64,000 bases of DNA from Acidobacteriota bacterium (GTDB lineage Bacteria > Acidobacteriota > UBA890 > WLXD01): NCBI GenBank assembly GCA_029263295.1, contig JAJCXT010000108.1:2724-66723 (forward strand), written 5' to 3'. Of the stretch, positions 29,262 to 39,517 are shown piece by piece. The stretch's first letter is position 1, and every line of letters begins with the position of its first letter. The notes beneath the pieces were generated by a model. It was not told where the DNA came from. It saw only the letters and a list, made by a program, of their open reading frames with translations, and did not search any database. The position numbers and the translations under genes were made by a program.

Positions 29262-29669
29262 GTGCACCGCTTCAATCGCAGCATAATCGCCCTTGTCGCC
29301 CTTGTCGGAACCACCGCAGCACTGAGCGCTAGCGCGCAGCAGCCCGATCCCGATTCGCCCCGCTACAAGGGCGTCCTGGCGCTACAGGAATTCTTCGCCG
29401 ACAAGAGCGAGGACGCGGTGCAGACCTTCTTCGACGAGAAGATCGCCGCCAGCTATGGTGAAGAAGCGGGCGCCGAAGCGGTTCTCGAGATACTGCGCGG
29501 GCTGCACGATGAGTTCGCCGGGCTGGAACCTCGTGGCGCCCGGCCGGTCGGTGCGCTGAGCGCGACGATCACGTTCGACACCGACATGGGTAGTCGAGCG
29601 ATCACGTTCGAGATGTCAGGCGACGACACCTCGCGCTTCGCCTCGATCACCACGTCGGGCGGAAGCTAG
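29262..29669 (+). CDS. Small secreted hypothetical protein
   Basis: Signal peptide ending SASA-QQ; 135 aa with ordinary globular composition. Confidence 0.6.
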   Translation: MHRFNRSIIALVALVGTTAALSASAQQPDPDSPRYKGVLALQEFFADKSEDAVQTFFDEKIAASYGEEAGAEAVLEILRGLHDEFAGLEPRGARPVGALSATITFDTDMGSRAITFEMSGDDTSRFASITTSGGS

Positions 29670-29712
29670 GAGCCAGACCCTCCCGCTAGGCTCTCGTTCG
29701 CTCCACGACTTG

Positions 29713-29760
29713 ATATGTCCAACGTTGTTGGTTTACTGTTGCCAACATTGTTGGACATAT
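29713..29760. promoter_or_regulatory. Candidate double operator of padR #2
   Basis: 19-bp inverted repeat ATATGTCCAACGTTGTTGG / CCAACATTGTTGGACATAT (2 mismatches); each arm holds CCAAC-N3-GTTGG; TACTGT between them. Confidence 0.75.
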
Positions 29761-29779
29761 TTCTTGGAGCGATGGATCA

Positions 29780-30112
29780 GTGAGTCGTAGCGACTACCTC
29801 GGCGAATTCGAACAGATGGTGCTGTTGAGCGTTCTGCGCCTCGGCGAGAACGCCTACGGCGTGACGGTGCACGAGGAAATCAGGCGAACGGCAGGCCGGG
29901 AAGTCCGCCGCGGCGCCGTCTATGTCGCGCTGGAGCGGCTCCAGGCCAAGGGCCTCGTCAGCTCCACCTTCGGCAGTCCTTCCACCGAGCGCGGCGGGCG
30001 CGCCAAGCGCTTCTACACCGTGGAAGCCTCGGGTCGTGCTGCCCTGCGCGCGTCGCGCGACGCCCTGATGAATCTGTGGAATGGCGTCGAGCCTGAACTG
30101 GAGAAGCTGTGA
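29780..30112 (+). CDS. PadR-family regulator #2
   Basis: LGEFEQMVLLSVLRLGENAYGV, GAVYVALERL, GGRAKRFYTV. Confidence 0.92.
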   Translation: MSRSDYLGEFEQMVLLSVLRLGENAYGVTVHEEIRRTAGREVRRGAVYVALERLQAKGLVSSTFGSPSTERGGRAKRFYTVEASGRAALRASRDALMNLWNGVEPELEKL

Positions 30113-32772
30113 GGGCGGCGACCTGGTTGATCGGCAGGCTTGTCGGCACTCCTGCCGCGCAGGCGATCGTAGGAGACCTGGTGGAGTCGGCGGGCGGCCA
30201 CGGCAGCCTGTGGCGCTCCTCCGAGGCGTGGCGTGTCGTCTTCAGTTTGATGAGCTATCAACTGCGGCGTTCTGGCCAAGAAGACCAGGGAGCCCCCGGA
30301 CCACTGCGGCCGCGTCCAGGAATGCCCGAGCACTCTGGCAGCTCCGCGCTTCAGGACGTGCGCTTCGCCTTGCGGATCTTTCGACGGCGACCGGTGAGCA
30401 CCGCCGTGGCGATTCTCTCGCTGGCGCTGGGCATCGGCGCCAACACGGCGATCTTCAGCCTCCTCGACGGAATCCTGCTGCGTCCCCTGCCGGTACCCCG
30501 GCCGGAAGAGCTTGTGACCACCGCCACGGTGTTCTCCTTCCCCGACTACGAAGACCTGCGTGACGCCTCCACCGACGAGTTGACCGGGCTGGCCGCGTGG
30601 TCGGCGTCGTCTCGGCCGTACAGCCTGGCCACCGACAATGGCGCGTGGCCCGCACTCACGGAGCTGACCACGGGCAACTTCTTCGACCTTCTCGAGTTCC
30701 GCCCGGCCGCCGGCCGGTTCCTGACTCTCGACGACGAATCCCGCCGCCTGCCCGTCGCAGTTCTCAGCCATCGCCTCTGGCAATCGGCGTTCTACGGCGA
30801 CCCGCTCGTGATCGGATCCGACGTGCGCGTCAACGGACTACCCGCCACGATCATCGGCGTCGCTCCGCCAGGCTTCCGCGGTACGCGAGTGAACAGGTCG
30901 GTGGATCTGTGGATGCCGCTTTCTCTCCACGCACAGCTGGCGCCCGGCTCGTTCGGGCGCCTCCGGCTCGATAGCCGCGAGACCCAGTGGCTTCGCGTGA
31001 TGGGTCGACTGCGCCCGAACACCGGGCTGGCCCAGGCCGAGGCATCGATGCTCGCGGCAGCAACTCGGCTACTCGAGCAACAGCCCAGCCCCTATCTCGA
31101 AGACTTCGAGAGTCTGCGCACGGCCACGCAGGCCGCAATCCCGCGGGAAGAGGAGGTTCGCGGCTTCTTGACCCTCATGATCGCGATGGTCGCAGTCGCG
31201 CTCCTCGTCGCCTGCACCAACGTCGCGAATGTCCTGCTCACCCGCACCACGGAGCGACGACGCGAGATCGGCCTACGCATGGTGCTTGGGGCGTCGCGGG
31301 GCCGCCTGGTGCGCCAGTTGTTCATCGAAAGTCTGCTGCTGTCACTGGCCGGTGGCGTGGCGGCGCTGTTCTTCGCGCGCTGGACGCTGGCCAGCGTGCA
31401 CTTGCTGCAAATCCCGGGTCGCATCGTCCTCGGCGACGTTCCGACCAGCATCAACGCTACGACCCTGGCGTTCACGATGGCCGTCGCCTTCGCCTGCTCG
31501 CTACTGTTCGGGGTTGGCCCCGCCCTCGCGGGGACCCGGCCGGACCCGGCGCGAATGATCAACGGGTCTGCGCCGCGTCGCGGCAACTGGAACGCACCCG
31601 TCACCCTGGCCACTATCCAGGTCGGCCTCACGCTGGCGCTGGTGTTCAGCGGCGGCTTGTTCCTGCGCAGCCTCTCGACGGTCCTCGAGGTCCCGCTCGG
31701 GTTCGATCCCACCGACGTTTACGTCGCTAGCGTCGACATCGGTGTAGTCGGGTATGACAACGACTCGGCCGCCACGTTCCGTCGCGAGGCGCTTGCCGGG
31801 CTCGAGAGCCTCCCGACGATCGAGCGCGCCGCGTGGGGCGTGTTCGTACCCGTGCAGGGCGGTATGCGAATGGAGTCGTTTCGCGTGGTCGGGCACGAAC
31901 TTCAAGAAGAGGAACCCGGCGACGTGGCTTTGAATTACGTGTCCGACGGATTCTTCGAAGCGCTCCGGGTGCCGCTCCTTGCCGGGCGTGCCTTCGCTGC
32001 CACCGATCGCGAAGGAACCGCGCCCGTCACCATTGTGAACGAGGCACTCGCCGACATCTTCTTCCCCTCCGGGGACACCGTCGGGGCGCGTCTGATCATG
32101 CCCGGGCCCGCGGGCATCCTCGAGATGGAAATCATCGGCGTCGCGGGTAACACCAAGCGCCGCGACCTGCGCGAGGAGTCCTCGCCCTACCTGTACCTGC
32201 CCCTCGCTCAGTGGAACTGGCTGGTAGGAACCGACCGCATGAAGATCGCCGTACGCGCGACACCGGGTGCCGCCGACACGATCGATTCGATGCGCCAGCG
32301 CCTGGCCCAGATCGATCCGGCGCTACCCATTACCGAATTGCGAACGCTCGATGACCAGCTCTTCGATCAGGCCATGCCGCAACGCGTCGGCGCCACGCTC
32401 CTCGGGATGTTCGGCGCCCTGGCGCTGGTGCTCGCAGCGGTTGGCGTCTATGGCGTGGTCGCTGCCGCGATGCTGAGTCGGGTCCGAGAAATCGGCATCC
32501 GTCGGGCCGTAGGCGCGAACGATCCGGACGTTCTCCGGCTCGTGCTGCGCCGCGGACTGCTCCCTGTAGTCCTCGGCCTTCCTCTAGGCTGGTTCCTCGC
32601 GTTCGCTGTCGCGCGGCTAATCGCTGGCTTCCTGCCCGGTCTGAGTCCGACCGATCCCACGACATTCGTGGCCGCCACCGTGCTCGTGTTCGTCGCATCG
32701 GCCGTCGCCTGCCTGCCTCCCGCGCTGCGGGCGGCGCGCCGCGACCCTGTTACCGCCCTCCGATCGGACTGA
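30109..32772 (+). CDS. ADOP-type ABC permease #2
   Basis: GTGA overlap; QDVRFALRIF, LALGIGANTAIFS, VACTNVAN, DPVTALRSD. Confidence 0.92.
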   Translation: MRAATWLIGRLVGTPAAQAIVGDLVESAGGHGSLWRSSEAWRVVFSLMSYQLRRSGQEDQGAPGPLRPRPGMPEHSGSSALQDVRFALRIFRRRPVSTAVAILSLALGIGANTAIFSLLDGILLRPLPVPRPEELVTTATVFSFPDYEDLRDASTDELTGLAAWSASSRPYSLATDNGAWPALTELTTGNFFDLLEFRPAAGRFLTLDDESRRLPVAVLSHRLWQSAFYGDPLVIGSDVRVNGLPATIIGVAPPGFRGTRVNRSVDLWMPLSLHAQLAPGSFGRLRLDSRETQWLRVMGRLRPNTGLAQAEASMLAAATRLLEQQPSPYLEDFESLRTATQAAIPREEEVRGFLTLMIAMVAVALLVACTNVANVLLTRTTERRREIGLRMVLGASRGRLVRQLFIESLLLSLAGGVAALFFARWTLASVHLLQIPGRIVLGDVPTSINATTLAFTMAVAFACSLLFGVGPALAGTRPDPARMINGSAPRRGNWNAPVTLATIQVGLTLALVFSGGLFLRSLSTVLEVPLGFDPTDVYVASVDIGVVGYDNDSAATFRREALAGLESLPTIERAAWGVFVPVQGGMRMESFRVVGHELQEEEPGDVALNYVSDGFFEALRVPLLAGRAFAATDREGTAPVTIVNEALADIFFPSGDTVGARLIMPGPAGILEMEIIGVAGNTKRRDLREESSPYLYLPLAQWNWLVGTDRMKIAVRATPGAADTIDSMRQRLAQIDPALPITELRTLDDQLFDQAMPQRVGATLLGMFGALALVLAAVGVYGVVAAAMLSRVREIGIRRAVGANDPDVLRLVLRRGLLPVVLGLPLGWFLAFAVARLIAGFLPGLSPTDPTTFVAATVLVFVASAVACLPPALRAARRDPVTALRSD

Positions 32773-32884
32773 GATCGACGGCCCAGCGCGACTCATCTGA
32801 GCGGCGCCCTGGTTGAAGTCGAACGCGGATCGCGGCAAGTTTCTGGTTTGCCGATGTCCATGTCGACTTTCCGGAGGTCCCCTC

Positions 32885-35800
32885 ATGTCTCGCCTACTGC
32901 GCCTGTTCACCTTGCTCCTGACGATCGTCATGGTTGGTTCGACTCCGCTTTCGGGAGCATTCGCTCAGGAAGACGCGGCAGAGACAGAGACGCCGCCACC
33001 CGTGGATCCCGAATTGTTCGGGACGATGAACTACCGTTTCATCGGCCCGCTCCGGGGCGGCCGGTCGACGGCGGTGACGGGCATCCCGGGCAAGCCGAAG
33101 GAGTACCTGATGGGCTCCACCGGCGGCGGGGTGTGGAAGAGTTCCGATGTGGGCCTGAGCTGGAGCAATATTTCTGACGGACAGTTCGACGTTGCATCGA
33201 TCGGGGCCATCGCGGTGGCACCCTCCGATCTGAACGTCCTCTACGTCGGCACCGGCTCAGCGTGTATTCGCGGCAACGCCACGACGGGCGACGGCATGTA
33301 CCGCTCGCTCGACGGCGGGGATACGTGGTCGCACATCGGACTGCCCGACGCCGGCACCGTCGCCCGGGTCGTGGTGCACCCCGACAACCAGGAGCTCGTG
33401 TACGCGGCCGTCTTCGGGCATCCCTTCGGACCGAGCGAGGAGCGCGGCGTGTACCGCTCGTCTGATGGCGGCGACAACTGGGAGCAGGTGAAGTTCATCA
33501 GCAACGAGGTGGGCGCCGTCGACCTGTCGATGAACCCGGACAACCCGCGCGAGATGTACGCGGCGTTCTGGCGCTTCGAGCGCAAGCCGTGGACCACCTA
33601 CGACGCCTCCGAAGACGGCGGTATCTACAAGACCAAGGACGGCGGCGACACATGGGAAAAGCTCGGCGGCGGCCTGCCGGAGGGGCTCACTGGCCGCATC
33701 GGCGTGAGCGTTTCGCCGGCCGATCCGACGCGCGTGTATGCGTTCGTGTCGGCGCTCGATCCCGACGGCGGCCTCTATCGCTCCGACGACTCGGGCAAGA
33801 GCTGGAACAAGATCAACCGCGACCGTAATCTGCGCCAGCGCCACTGGTACTACTCGCACGTACAGGCCGACCCGAACGACCGCGACACTGTGTACGTGCT
33901 CAACACGACGGTGTGGAAGTCGATCGATGGCGGCAAGTCCGTCACCCGGATCCGCCCGAACCACGGTGACACCCACGCGCTGTGGATCAACCCCGACGAC
34001 TCCGACAACATGATCCTCGGCGACGACGGTGGGGGCGAGGTCACGATGAACGGCGGCGCCACGTGGTCGAGCGTGCAGAACCAGCCGACCGCCGAAATCT
34101 ATCGGGTGGTCGTCGACAACAGCTGGCCGTACCGCGTGTATGGCGCCCAACAGGACAACTCCACGCTGAGCCTGCGCAGCGACGGGCGCGGCGGGCCGCA
34201 GGACTGGTACACCGTGGGCGGCTGCGAGAGCGGCCATATCGCGGTCGACCCGCGCAACAACGACATCGTCTACGCGGGCTGCTACATCGGCGAGATCAGT
34301 CGTTACGACCACAGCACCGGCGAGCGTCGACCCGTCACGGTGTATCCCGTGCTGGTGGACGGCATGGCGCCACGCGACCTCGAGCACCGGTTCCAGTGGA
34401 ACGCACCGATTCTGATCTCGCAGCACGACCCCGGCCTGCTCTACCACACCTCCCAGACCGTCAACCGCAGCCGCGACGAGGGCTCCACCTGGGAAGTGAT
34501 CAGCCCGGACCTCACACGCAACGACAAGGAAAAGCAGGATCTCCCGGGAGGCCCGCTGCAGCACGATCACACCTCGGTGGAGGTCTACGGCACGGTGTTC
34601 GCGCTCGCCGAATCGCCGCACGACGCGAACGAACTCTGGGCCGGTAGCGACGACGGCCTGATCCACGTGAGCCGCGACGACGGGGCCACCTGGAACGACG
34701 TCACGCCGGGCGACCTGCCCGTGGACGGCACGGTCAACACGATCGATGTGTCGTCGCATCAGCCGGGCAAAGTCACGGTGGCCGTGCACCGCTACCGCAT
34801 GGACGACTGGACTCCATACATCTTCCAAACCACCGACGGCGGTGCCAGCTGGCAGCGCCTCGCCGACGGCAGCAACGGCATCCCCGACGACCACCCCGTG
34901 CGCGTCGTACGTGAGGACCCCGACCGCGAAGGCCTGCTCTATGCCGGCACCGAGTTCGGCATGTTCATCTCGTTCGACAACGGCGCCAACTGGCAGACGT
35001 TCCAGCGCAACCTGCCGCTCACGTCGATCACCGAGATGCTCGTGCACGAGCAAGATCTCGTGGTCTCCACCCAGGGTCGCGGTATCTGGATTCTCGACGA
35101 CCTGACCCCGCTGCACCAGACTGACGACATCGCCGCGGCGGAAACTACGCTCTTGAAGCCACGCGACGCGATCCGCACCCCCGGTGGCGGCGGCTTCCGC
35201 GGCCCCAGAGCGCCCTACGGCACGGGCGGCACACGCAACGCAGCCCTGACCTACAGGCTGCCCACGGCCGATGGCGAGGAAGGCGGTGACGACAGCGCTT
35301 CGGACGATGCCGAGGCTGCTGAAGACGCTGACGTTGTTACCAGCCTCGAGGTACTCGACAGCGCTGGCAATGTGGTTCGCAGATGGAGCACGGACGGCGA
35401 GAACAGCTACGACAAGCTGCCCACCAAGAAGGGCCTCAACCGGATGATGTGGGATCTGCGACATACGCGCCCGGACATTCTCAGCGACGGCAACATCTAC
35501 CTCGGCTACGCCGGCGGACAGGCGGCTGTTCCGGGTGAGTACACGGTCCGGCTGACGGTGGGTGAGACCGTGCACGAGCAGGCGCTCACGGTCCACGCCG
35601 ACCCGCGCCGCGATGACGTCACGGTGGCCGACCTACAGGCCAACTACGACATGTCGGTTGAGCTCGCCGGGATGCTGGCCCGAGCCCACGACACGATTGG
35701 CCGACTGCGCACTGTGCGTGAGCAGGCCAAGGGTGTCGCCAAACGCGCCGAAGAAGCTGAGCTCGACGGCGCCGATGGCCTCACCGAGATGGCCGAGACC

Positions 35801-36100
35801 CTAGCCGAGAAGCTCACCGCCATCGAGGACGTGCTGATCCAGACCAAGGCCGAATCAGGGCAGGATCCGATCAACTTCCCGCCGATGCTCGATACTCAGA
35901 TCGGCTATCTGTATCGCTACGTGGCCGGCAACTACGGCGCCCCGAGCGCAGCGGCGGAAGCTCGCATCGCGGACCTCCGCGTGCAGCTACAGGAACAGGA
36001 GGAAGCCCTGGCAGCGGTCCTCGCTGCTGATGTCGCGCCGTTCAACGAGGCCGTCGACGCGGCTGGCGCCGGCGGTATCGTGCTGGTAAAGAAACAGTAG
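32885..36100 (+). CDS. Secreted VPS10/BNR-repeat beta-propeller protein (glycosyl hydrolase-like)
   Basis: RFIGPLRGGRSTAV; many Asp-box S.DGG.TW repeats; helical C-terminus. Confidence 0.85.
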   Translation: MSRLLRLFTLLLTIVMVGSTPLSGAFAQEDAAETETPPPVDPELFGTMNYRFIGPLRGGRSTAVTGIPGKPKEYLMGSTGGGVWKSSDVGLSWSNISDGQFDVASIGAIAVAPSDLNVLYVGTGSACIRGNATTGDGMYRSLDGGDTWSHIGLPDAGTVARVVVHPDNQELVYAAVFGHPFGPSEERGVYRSSDGGDNWEQVKFISNEVGAVDLSMNPDNPREMYAAFWRFERKPWTTYDASEDGGIYKTKDGGDTWEKLGGGLPEGLTGRIGVSVSPADPTRVYAFVSALDPDGGLYRSDDSGKSWNKINRDRNLRQRHWYYSHVQADPNDRDTVYVLNTTVWKSIDGGKSVTRIRPNHGDTHALWINPDDSDNMILGDDGGGEVTMNGGATWSSVQNQPTAEIYRVVVDNSWPYRVYGAQQDNSTLSLRSDGRGGPQDWYTVGGCESGHIAVDPRNNDIVYAGCYIGEISRYDHSTGERRPVTVYPVLVDGMAPRDLEHRFQWNAPILISQHDPGLLYHTSQTVNRSRDEGSTWEVISPDLTRNDKEKQDLPGGPLQHDHTSVEVYGTVFALAESPHDANELWAGSDDGLIHVSRDDGATWNDVTPGDLPVDGTVNTIDVSSHQPGKVTVAVHRYRMDDWTPYIFQTTDGGASWQRLADGSNGIPDDHPVRVVREDPDREGLLYAGTEFGMFISFDNGANWQTFQRNLPLTSITEMLVHEQDLVVSTQGRGIWILDDLTPLHQTDDIAAAETTLLKPRDAIRTPGGGGFRGPRAPYGTGGTRNAALTYRLPTADGEEGGDDSASDDAEAAEDADVVTSLEVLDSAGNVVRRWSTDGENSYDKLPTKKGLNRMMWDLRHTRPDILSDGNIYLGYAGGQAAVPGEYTVRLTVGETVHEQALTVHADPRRDDVTVADLQANYDMSVELAGMLARAHDTIGRLRTVREQAKGVAKRAEEAELDGADGLTEMAETLAEKLTAIEDVLIQTKAESGQDPINFPPMLDTQIGYLYRYVAGNYGAPSAAAEARIADLRVQLQEQEEALAAVLAADVAPFNEAVDAAGAGGIVLVKKQ

Positions 36101-36115
36101 CAAGTAGGAGGCTAG

Positions 36116-37504
36116 ATGGTGATGCGAACGGTCGTGGGCGCGGCGCTTGCCGGTGGGATCGCCCTGGTATCGGGCTTTGCCAAGCCGGCCCAGGACCCGC
36201 CCAATATCGTTCTGCTGTTCACCGACGACGCCGGTTATGCCGACTTCGGCTTCCAGGGAGGCTCGGATCACGCGACGCCGCACATCGATTCGCTCGCGGC
36301 GCAGGGTGTTCGCTTCAACCAGGCGTACGTGACGGCTTCGGTCTGCAGCCCTTCGCGCGCCGGTCTGCTGACGGGCCGGTATCAGCAGCGCTTCGGACAC
36401 GAGTACAACCTGCCTGGGCAGGATGACCCCGAGTTACCGGGATCACGACGCGGTCTACCGCTCGACCAGACAACGATTGCCGACGTGATGCGCCGCGCCG
36501 GTTACGCCACCGGCATCGTCGGCAAGTGGCACCTCGGGCGGCACCCGCGGTTCCGGCCTCTGCAGCGCGGCTTCGACGAGTTCTTCGGCATGGTTCGCGG
36601 GGGCAGCCCGTACCTCGCCGGGACCGCCACCGGCATCTTCGAGGGTGAAGACCCGGTCGCCGCGGATTCGCTCCCCTACCTGACCGACGCCTTCGGTGAT
36701 CGTGCGGTGCAATTCATCGAACAGCACCGCGACGAAGCGTTCTTCCTCTTCGTCTCGTTCAACGCCCCGCACACGCCGATGGAGCCACGACCCGGCGAGT
36801 TCGCTCAAGTGCGAGGATCGTTCGAGAGCGACGAGCGCGCGGCCAACGTGGCGATGACCCGTACGGTCGACGACAACGTCGGCAAGGTCCTCGCCGCACT
36901 CGACGAACACGGGTTGACCGAGAACACGCTGGTCATCTTCACCAACGACAACGGTGGGGCGATGCCCTACAACGGCTCGCTCAACGCACCGCTCCGCGGC
37001 ACCAAGGGGACGGTCCTGGAAGGCGGCAATCGTGTCCCCATGAGCATCCGCTGGCCTGCCCGGCTGGAGGCGGGCAGCGCCTACGAGAATCCCGTGAGCA
37101 CGCTCGACTTCCTGCCCACGTTCGCGGCCGCGGCCGACGCCGACACGACCGGCCTCGACCTCGATGGCGTCGACCTATTGCCCTACCTCAGCGGCGACCG
37201 TGGCGAACGGCCACACGACGATCTCTACTGGAAGCTCAACTGGGGCGCCGCGATTCGCAGCGGCGACTGGAAGCTCGTGCGCACGCCGGCCGATGAAGTC
37301 TGGCTCTTCGACCTCGGCTCCGATCCGGGCGAACGCGACGATCTCAACCCCTCCGAGCCAGCGCGCGTGGCCGATCTGCGCGCCCGTCTGGCGCAGTGGG
37401 AAGCATCGTTGCCGCCCCCGATCTGGACCTCCGCCGCCATGTGGCGCGCGCACAGCCTGCTGCGCTACGACCAAACCACCGTCGACAGCTACCGCCGCCG
37501 CTGA
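36116..37504 (+). CDS. Sulfatase (arylsulfatase A family)
   Basis: PNIVLLFTDDAGY, CSPSRAGLLTGRY, GKWHLG, NDNGG, LRGTKGTVLEGG. Confidence 0.92.
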   Translation: MVMRTVVGAALAGGIALVSGFAKPAQDPPNIVLLFTDDAGYADFGFQGGSDHATPHIDSLAAQGVRFNQAYVTASVCSPSRAGLLTGRYQQRFGHEYNLPGQDDPELPGSRRGLPLDQTTIADVMRRAGYATGIVGKWHLGRHPRFRPLQRGFDEFFGMVRGGSPYLAGTATGIFEGEDPVAADSLPYLTDAFGDRAVQFIEQHRDEAFFLFVSFNAPHTPMEPRPGEFAQVRGSFESDERAANVAMTRTVDDNVGKVLAALDEHGLTENTLVIFTNDNGGAMPYNGSLNAPLRGTKGTVLEGGNRVPMSIRWPARLEAGSAYENPVSTLDFLPTFAAAADADTTGLDLDGVDLLPYLSGDRGERPHDDLYWKLNWGAAIRSGDWKLVRTPADEVWLFDLGSDPGERDDLNPSEPARVADLRARLAQWEASLPPPIWTSAAMWRAHSLLRYDQTTVDSYRRR

Positions 37505-37559
37505 TTGGGATCGCCTGCGGCCTCGCGCGCGGGCCTTGCCTGCGCCCTACGATACGCGA

Positions 37560-37946
37560 CTACCAGATGGTACGCACCGGATACTGCGCGATCTGACGGT
37601 CCGGGGTCACGATCGCGAGACCATGCACGACGGCCTGGCAGATCAGCATCCGATCGAAGGGATCGCGATGGATATCGGGGAGACGGCTCAAGTACAGCGT
37701 CGACTCCTCATCGAGCGCCAGCGGTTCGATACCGTGCTGTTCGCGAACGCCTGGCAGGAAGCGCTCGGGCACGTCCGGAAGATCCAGCCGGCCCAGTCTG
37801 CGCTTGAGCGTGATCTCCCACGCGGACACGGAACTCAGGAGCACGTCGTTCGCTGGGTCGCATATCTGATCGCGGATCTCTTCGGAGATCTCGCTCGCTC
37901 CCGTGACCGTCCAGATGAACGAACAGGTGTCGAGCAGCAGTTTCAT
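37560..37946 (-). CDS. vapC: PIN-domain (VapC) toxin
   Basis: LLLDTCSFIW, SSVSAWEITLK, HRDPFDRMLICQA. Confidence 0.92.
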   Translation of the reverse strand: MKLLLDTCSFIWTVTGASEISEEIRDQICDPANDVLLSSVSAWEITLKRRLGRLDLPDVPERFLPGVREQHGIEPLALDEESTLYLSRLPDIHRDPFDRMLICQAVVHGLAIVTPDRQIAQYPVRTIW

Positions 37947-38182
37947 TCCTTACCCTCGAACGCATCGAGAATGTCGTCCGGCAGAGGCTCGAAGAACGCC
38001 TCCGTGAGCTCGAACTTTCCCTTCGCGAGTCCGAAGGGCCGCGGCTCTGTGCGGCGAGGGATGCCGCGGATCTCGGCGATCGGGACGTTGCGGCGGCAGA
38101 GCAGGATGACCTCGCCTTGCTCGACCATCGTCAGGTAGCGCGACAGGTGTGTCTTCGCTTCGTGCACGTTCAATCGAATCAT
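37943..38182 (-). CDS. Phd/YefM family antitoxin
   Basis: MIRLNVHEAKTHLSRYLTMVEQGEVILLCRRNVPIAEI; ATGA overlap with toxin. Confidence 0.9.
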   Translation of the reverse strand: MIRLNVHEAKTHLSRYLTMVEQGEVILLCRRNVPIAEIRGIPRRTEPRPFGLAKGKFELTEAFFEPLPDDILDAFEGKE

Positions 38183-38192
38183 GATTCGATTG
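38171..38192. promoter_or_regulatory. Perfect 22-bp palindrome centred on the antitoxin start codon
   Basis: CAATCGAATCATGATTCGATTG. Confidence 0.7.
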
Positions 38193-38318
38193 TGAACTAA
38201 CTTTTGACTCAAGTCGAACCTCGAGACAAGCGAATGTGTCGGTTCATCTCAGTTAGACGGCCCGCATGAGTCGACTTCGGACCCTCCTCGGCGGAGCCGC
38301 ATGTCCTCTCAGAGAGAG

Positions 38319-39197
38319 CTAGTCCGGAACCACTGCGAAGAGGCGAACCTGGCCGCCGGAACCGTCTTTGATCTTGATCGGCGCGACGATCAGATAGGCC
38401 CCGATGGCGGGGATCTGGTGCAGGTTCGCGACGTTCTCGAGGTGGTACTTGCCGTGGCCGTTGACTACGCGGTGCGCACCGAAGCCCGCGACAGCCGCAT
38501 CGACACTCAACGTATCGATGCCGATCCCACGGATGTTGCGTCCCTCGACCAGTAGGCGCCCGGCCCCCTCCGAGAACCCCGGAAAGTGCATACGCCCCTC
38601 ATCGTCCTGGTTCTTGTAGGCGTCAAAATCGTCCCACTTGAGACTCCAGCCGGTGTACATGAGCACCACTGCGCCCTGCGGCAAGGTTCCGTGCGTGGCT
38701 TCCCAGGTCTGGATGTCTTCCACGCTCAACTGATAGTCCGGATCCGCCGCGCACTGGGCCGAGGCGTCGATCAGAGCGATAGGGCCGAACAGGTCCTGCG
38801 CCGTAAGGTCGTCGACGTCGGGCTGGCCGTCGACCGAATGAATCGGCGCGTCGATGTGGGTGCCGTGATGCTCGGGGGTGGAATAGGCACCCATCGAGAC
38901 GGCGCCGGAGTCGTGCGCCGAGCGCACCTCGTAGGAAAACGGGTTGCCGGAATCGCTCGGCCAGTGGGGGCCTTCGGGGCTGAGCGCGTGCGTCAGGTCG
39001 ATCACCGGCAAGGTGCCGTCGAACAGCTGCTGGAGGCGATCCGCCCCTGCCGCGTGATCGGTTGGCGGGGCCGCGTCATCTTGCGGGGCCGTGTTGCACC
39101 CGGACGCGAGGACGAGAACCGCAACCGTGATCAGCTGCAGCAGGCGGGCGGCATCGGGAATGGGGACGGCGCGCGTCGGTGGCGTTGACGAAGTCAT
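38319..39197 (-). CDS. Cyclase family (kynurenine formamidase-like) protein, probable lipoprotein
   Basis: EHHGTHIDAPIH, HFPGFS, GIGIDTLSVD, YHLENVANL; lipobox LASGC. Confidence 0.87.
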   Translation of the reverse strand: MTSSTPPTRAVPIPDAARLLQLITVAVLVLASGCNTAPQDDAAPPTDHAAGADRLQQLFDGTLPVIDLTHALSPEGPHWPSDSGNPFSYEVRSAHDSGAVSMGAYSTPEHHGTHIDAPIHSVDGQPDVDDLTAQDLFGPIALIDASAQCAADPDYQLSVEDIQTWEATHGTLPQGAVVLMYTGWSLKWDDFDAYKNQDDEGRMHFPGFSEGAGRLLVEGRNIRGIGIDTLSVDAAVAGFGAHRVVNGHGKYHLENVANLHQIPAIGAYLIVAPIKIKDGSGGQVRLFAVVPD

Positions 39198-39306
39198 CAC
39201 AGGGGCTCCTTTTCCGCTCACCCCGGCTGGGGCGAGCTGATCTCGATCAGCGGCACAGGTGTCGAAACTGTCTTGTTCCGTTCCGGGTGCGCTGCTACGT
39301 TACACG

Positions 39307-39430
39307 CACTCATCGAGACCGGCTGAGGGAAAGGCCCTTTGACGTCGGGGCAACCTACAAGCAGCTACCTGGCTGTGCGCAAGGTGCCAACTCCTACGGA
39401 GGGCTTCGGCTCTCCGACAGATGAGGGTGT
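39307..39430 (+). ncRNA. SAM-I (S-box) riboswitch
   Basis: CTCATCGAGA...GAGGGAAAGGCCC..TGA...GGCAACC...AGGTGCCAACTCC...AGATGAG, the SAM-I consensus order, upstream of Met genes. Confidence 0.92.
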
Positions 39431-39517
39431 CAGACGCGCACTCGCTGGTAACAGCACCGCGCGCCTCGACTCTCCAGGAGTTGGTACCTGACCAACTCGC
39501 AACAAGGAGAGAACGAG

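Noticed and set aside
33257-35596. 779-aa antisense ORF, and other long shadow ORFs such as 18069-19520, 39587-40732 and 25442-26839
   Set aside because: They lie opposite or across well-supported genes and have no motifs; expected in high-GC coding DNA
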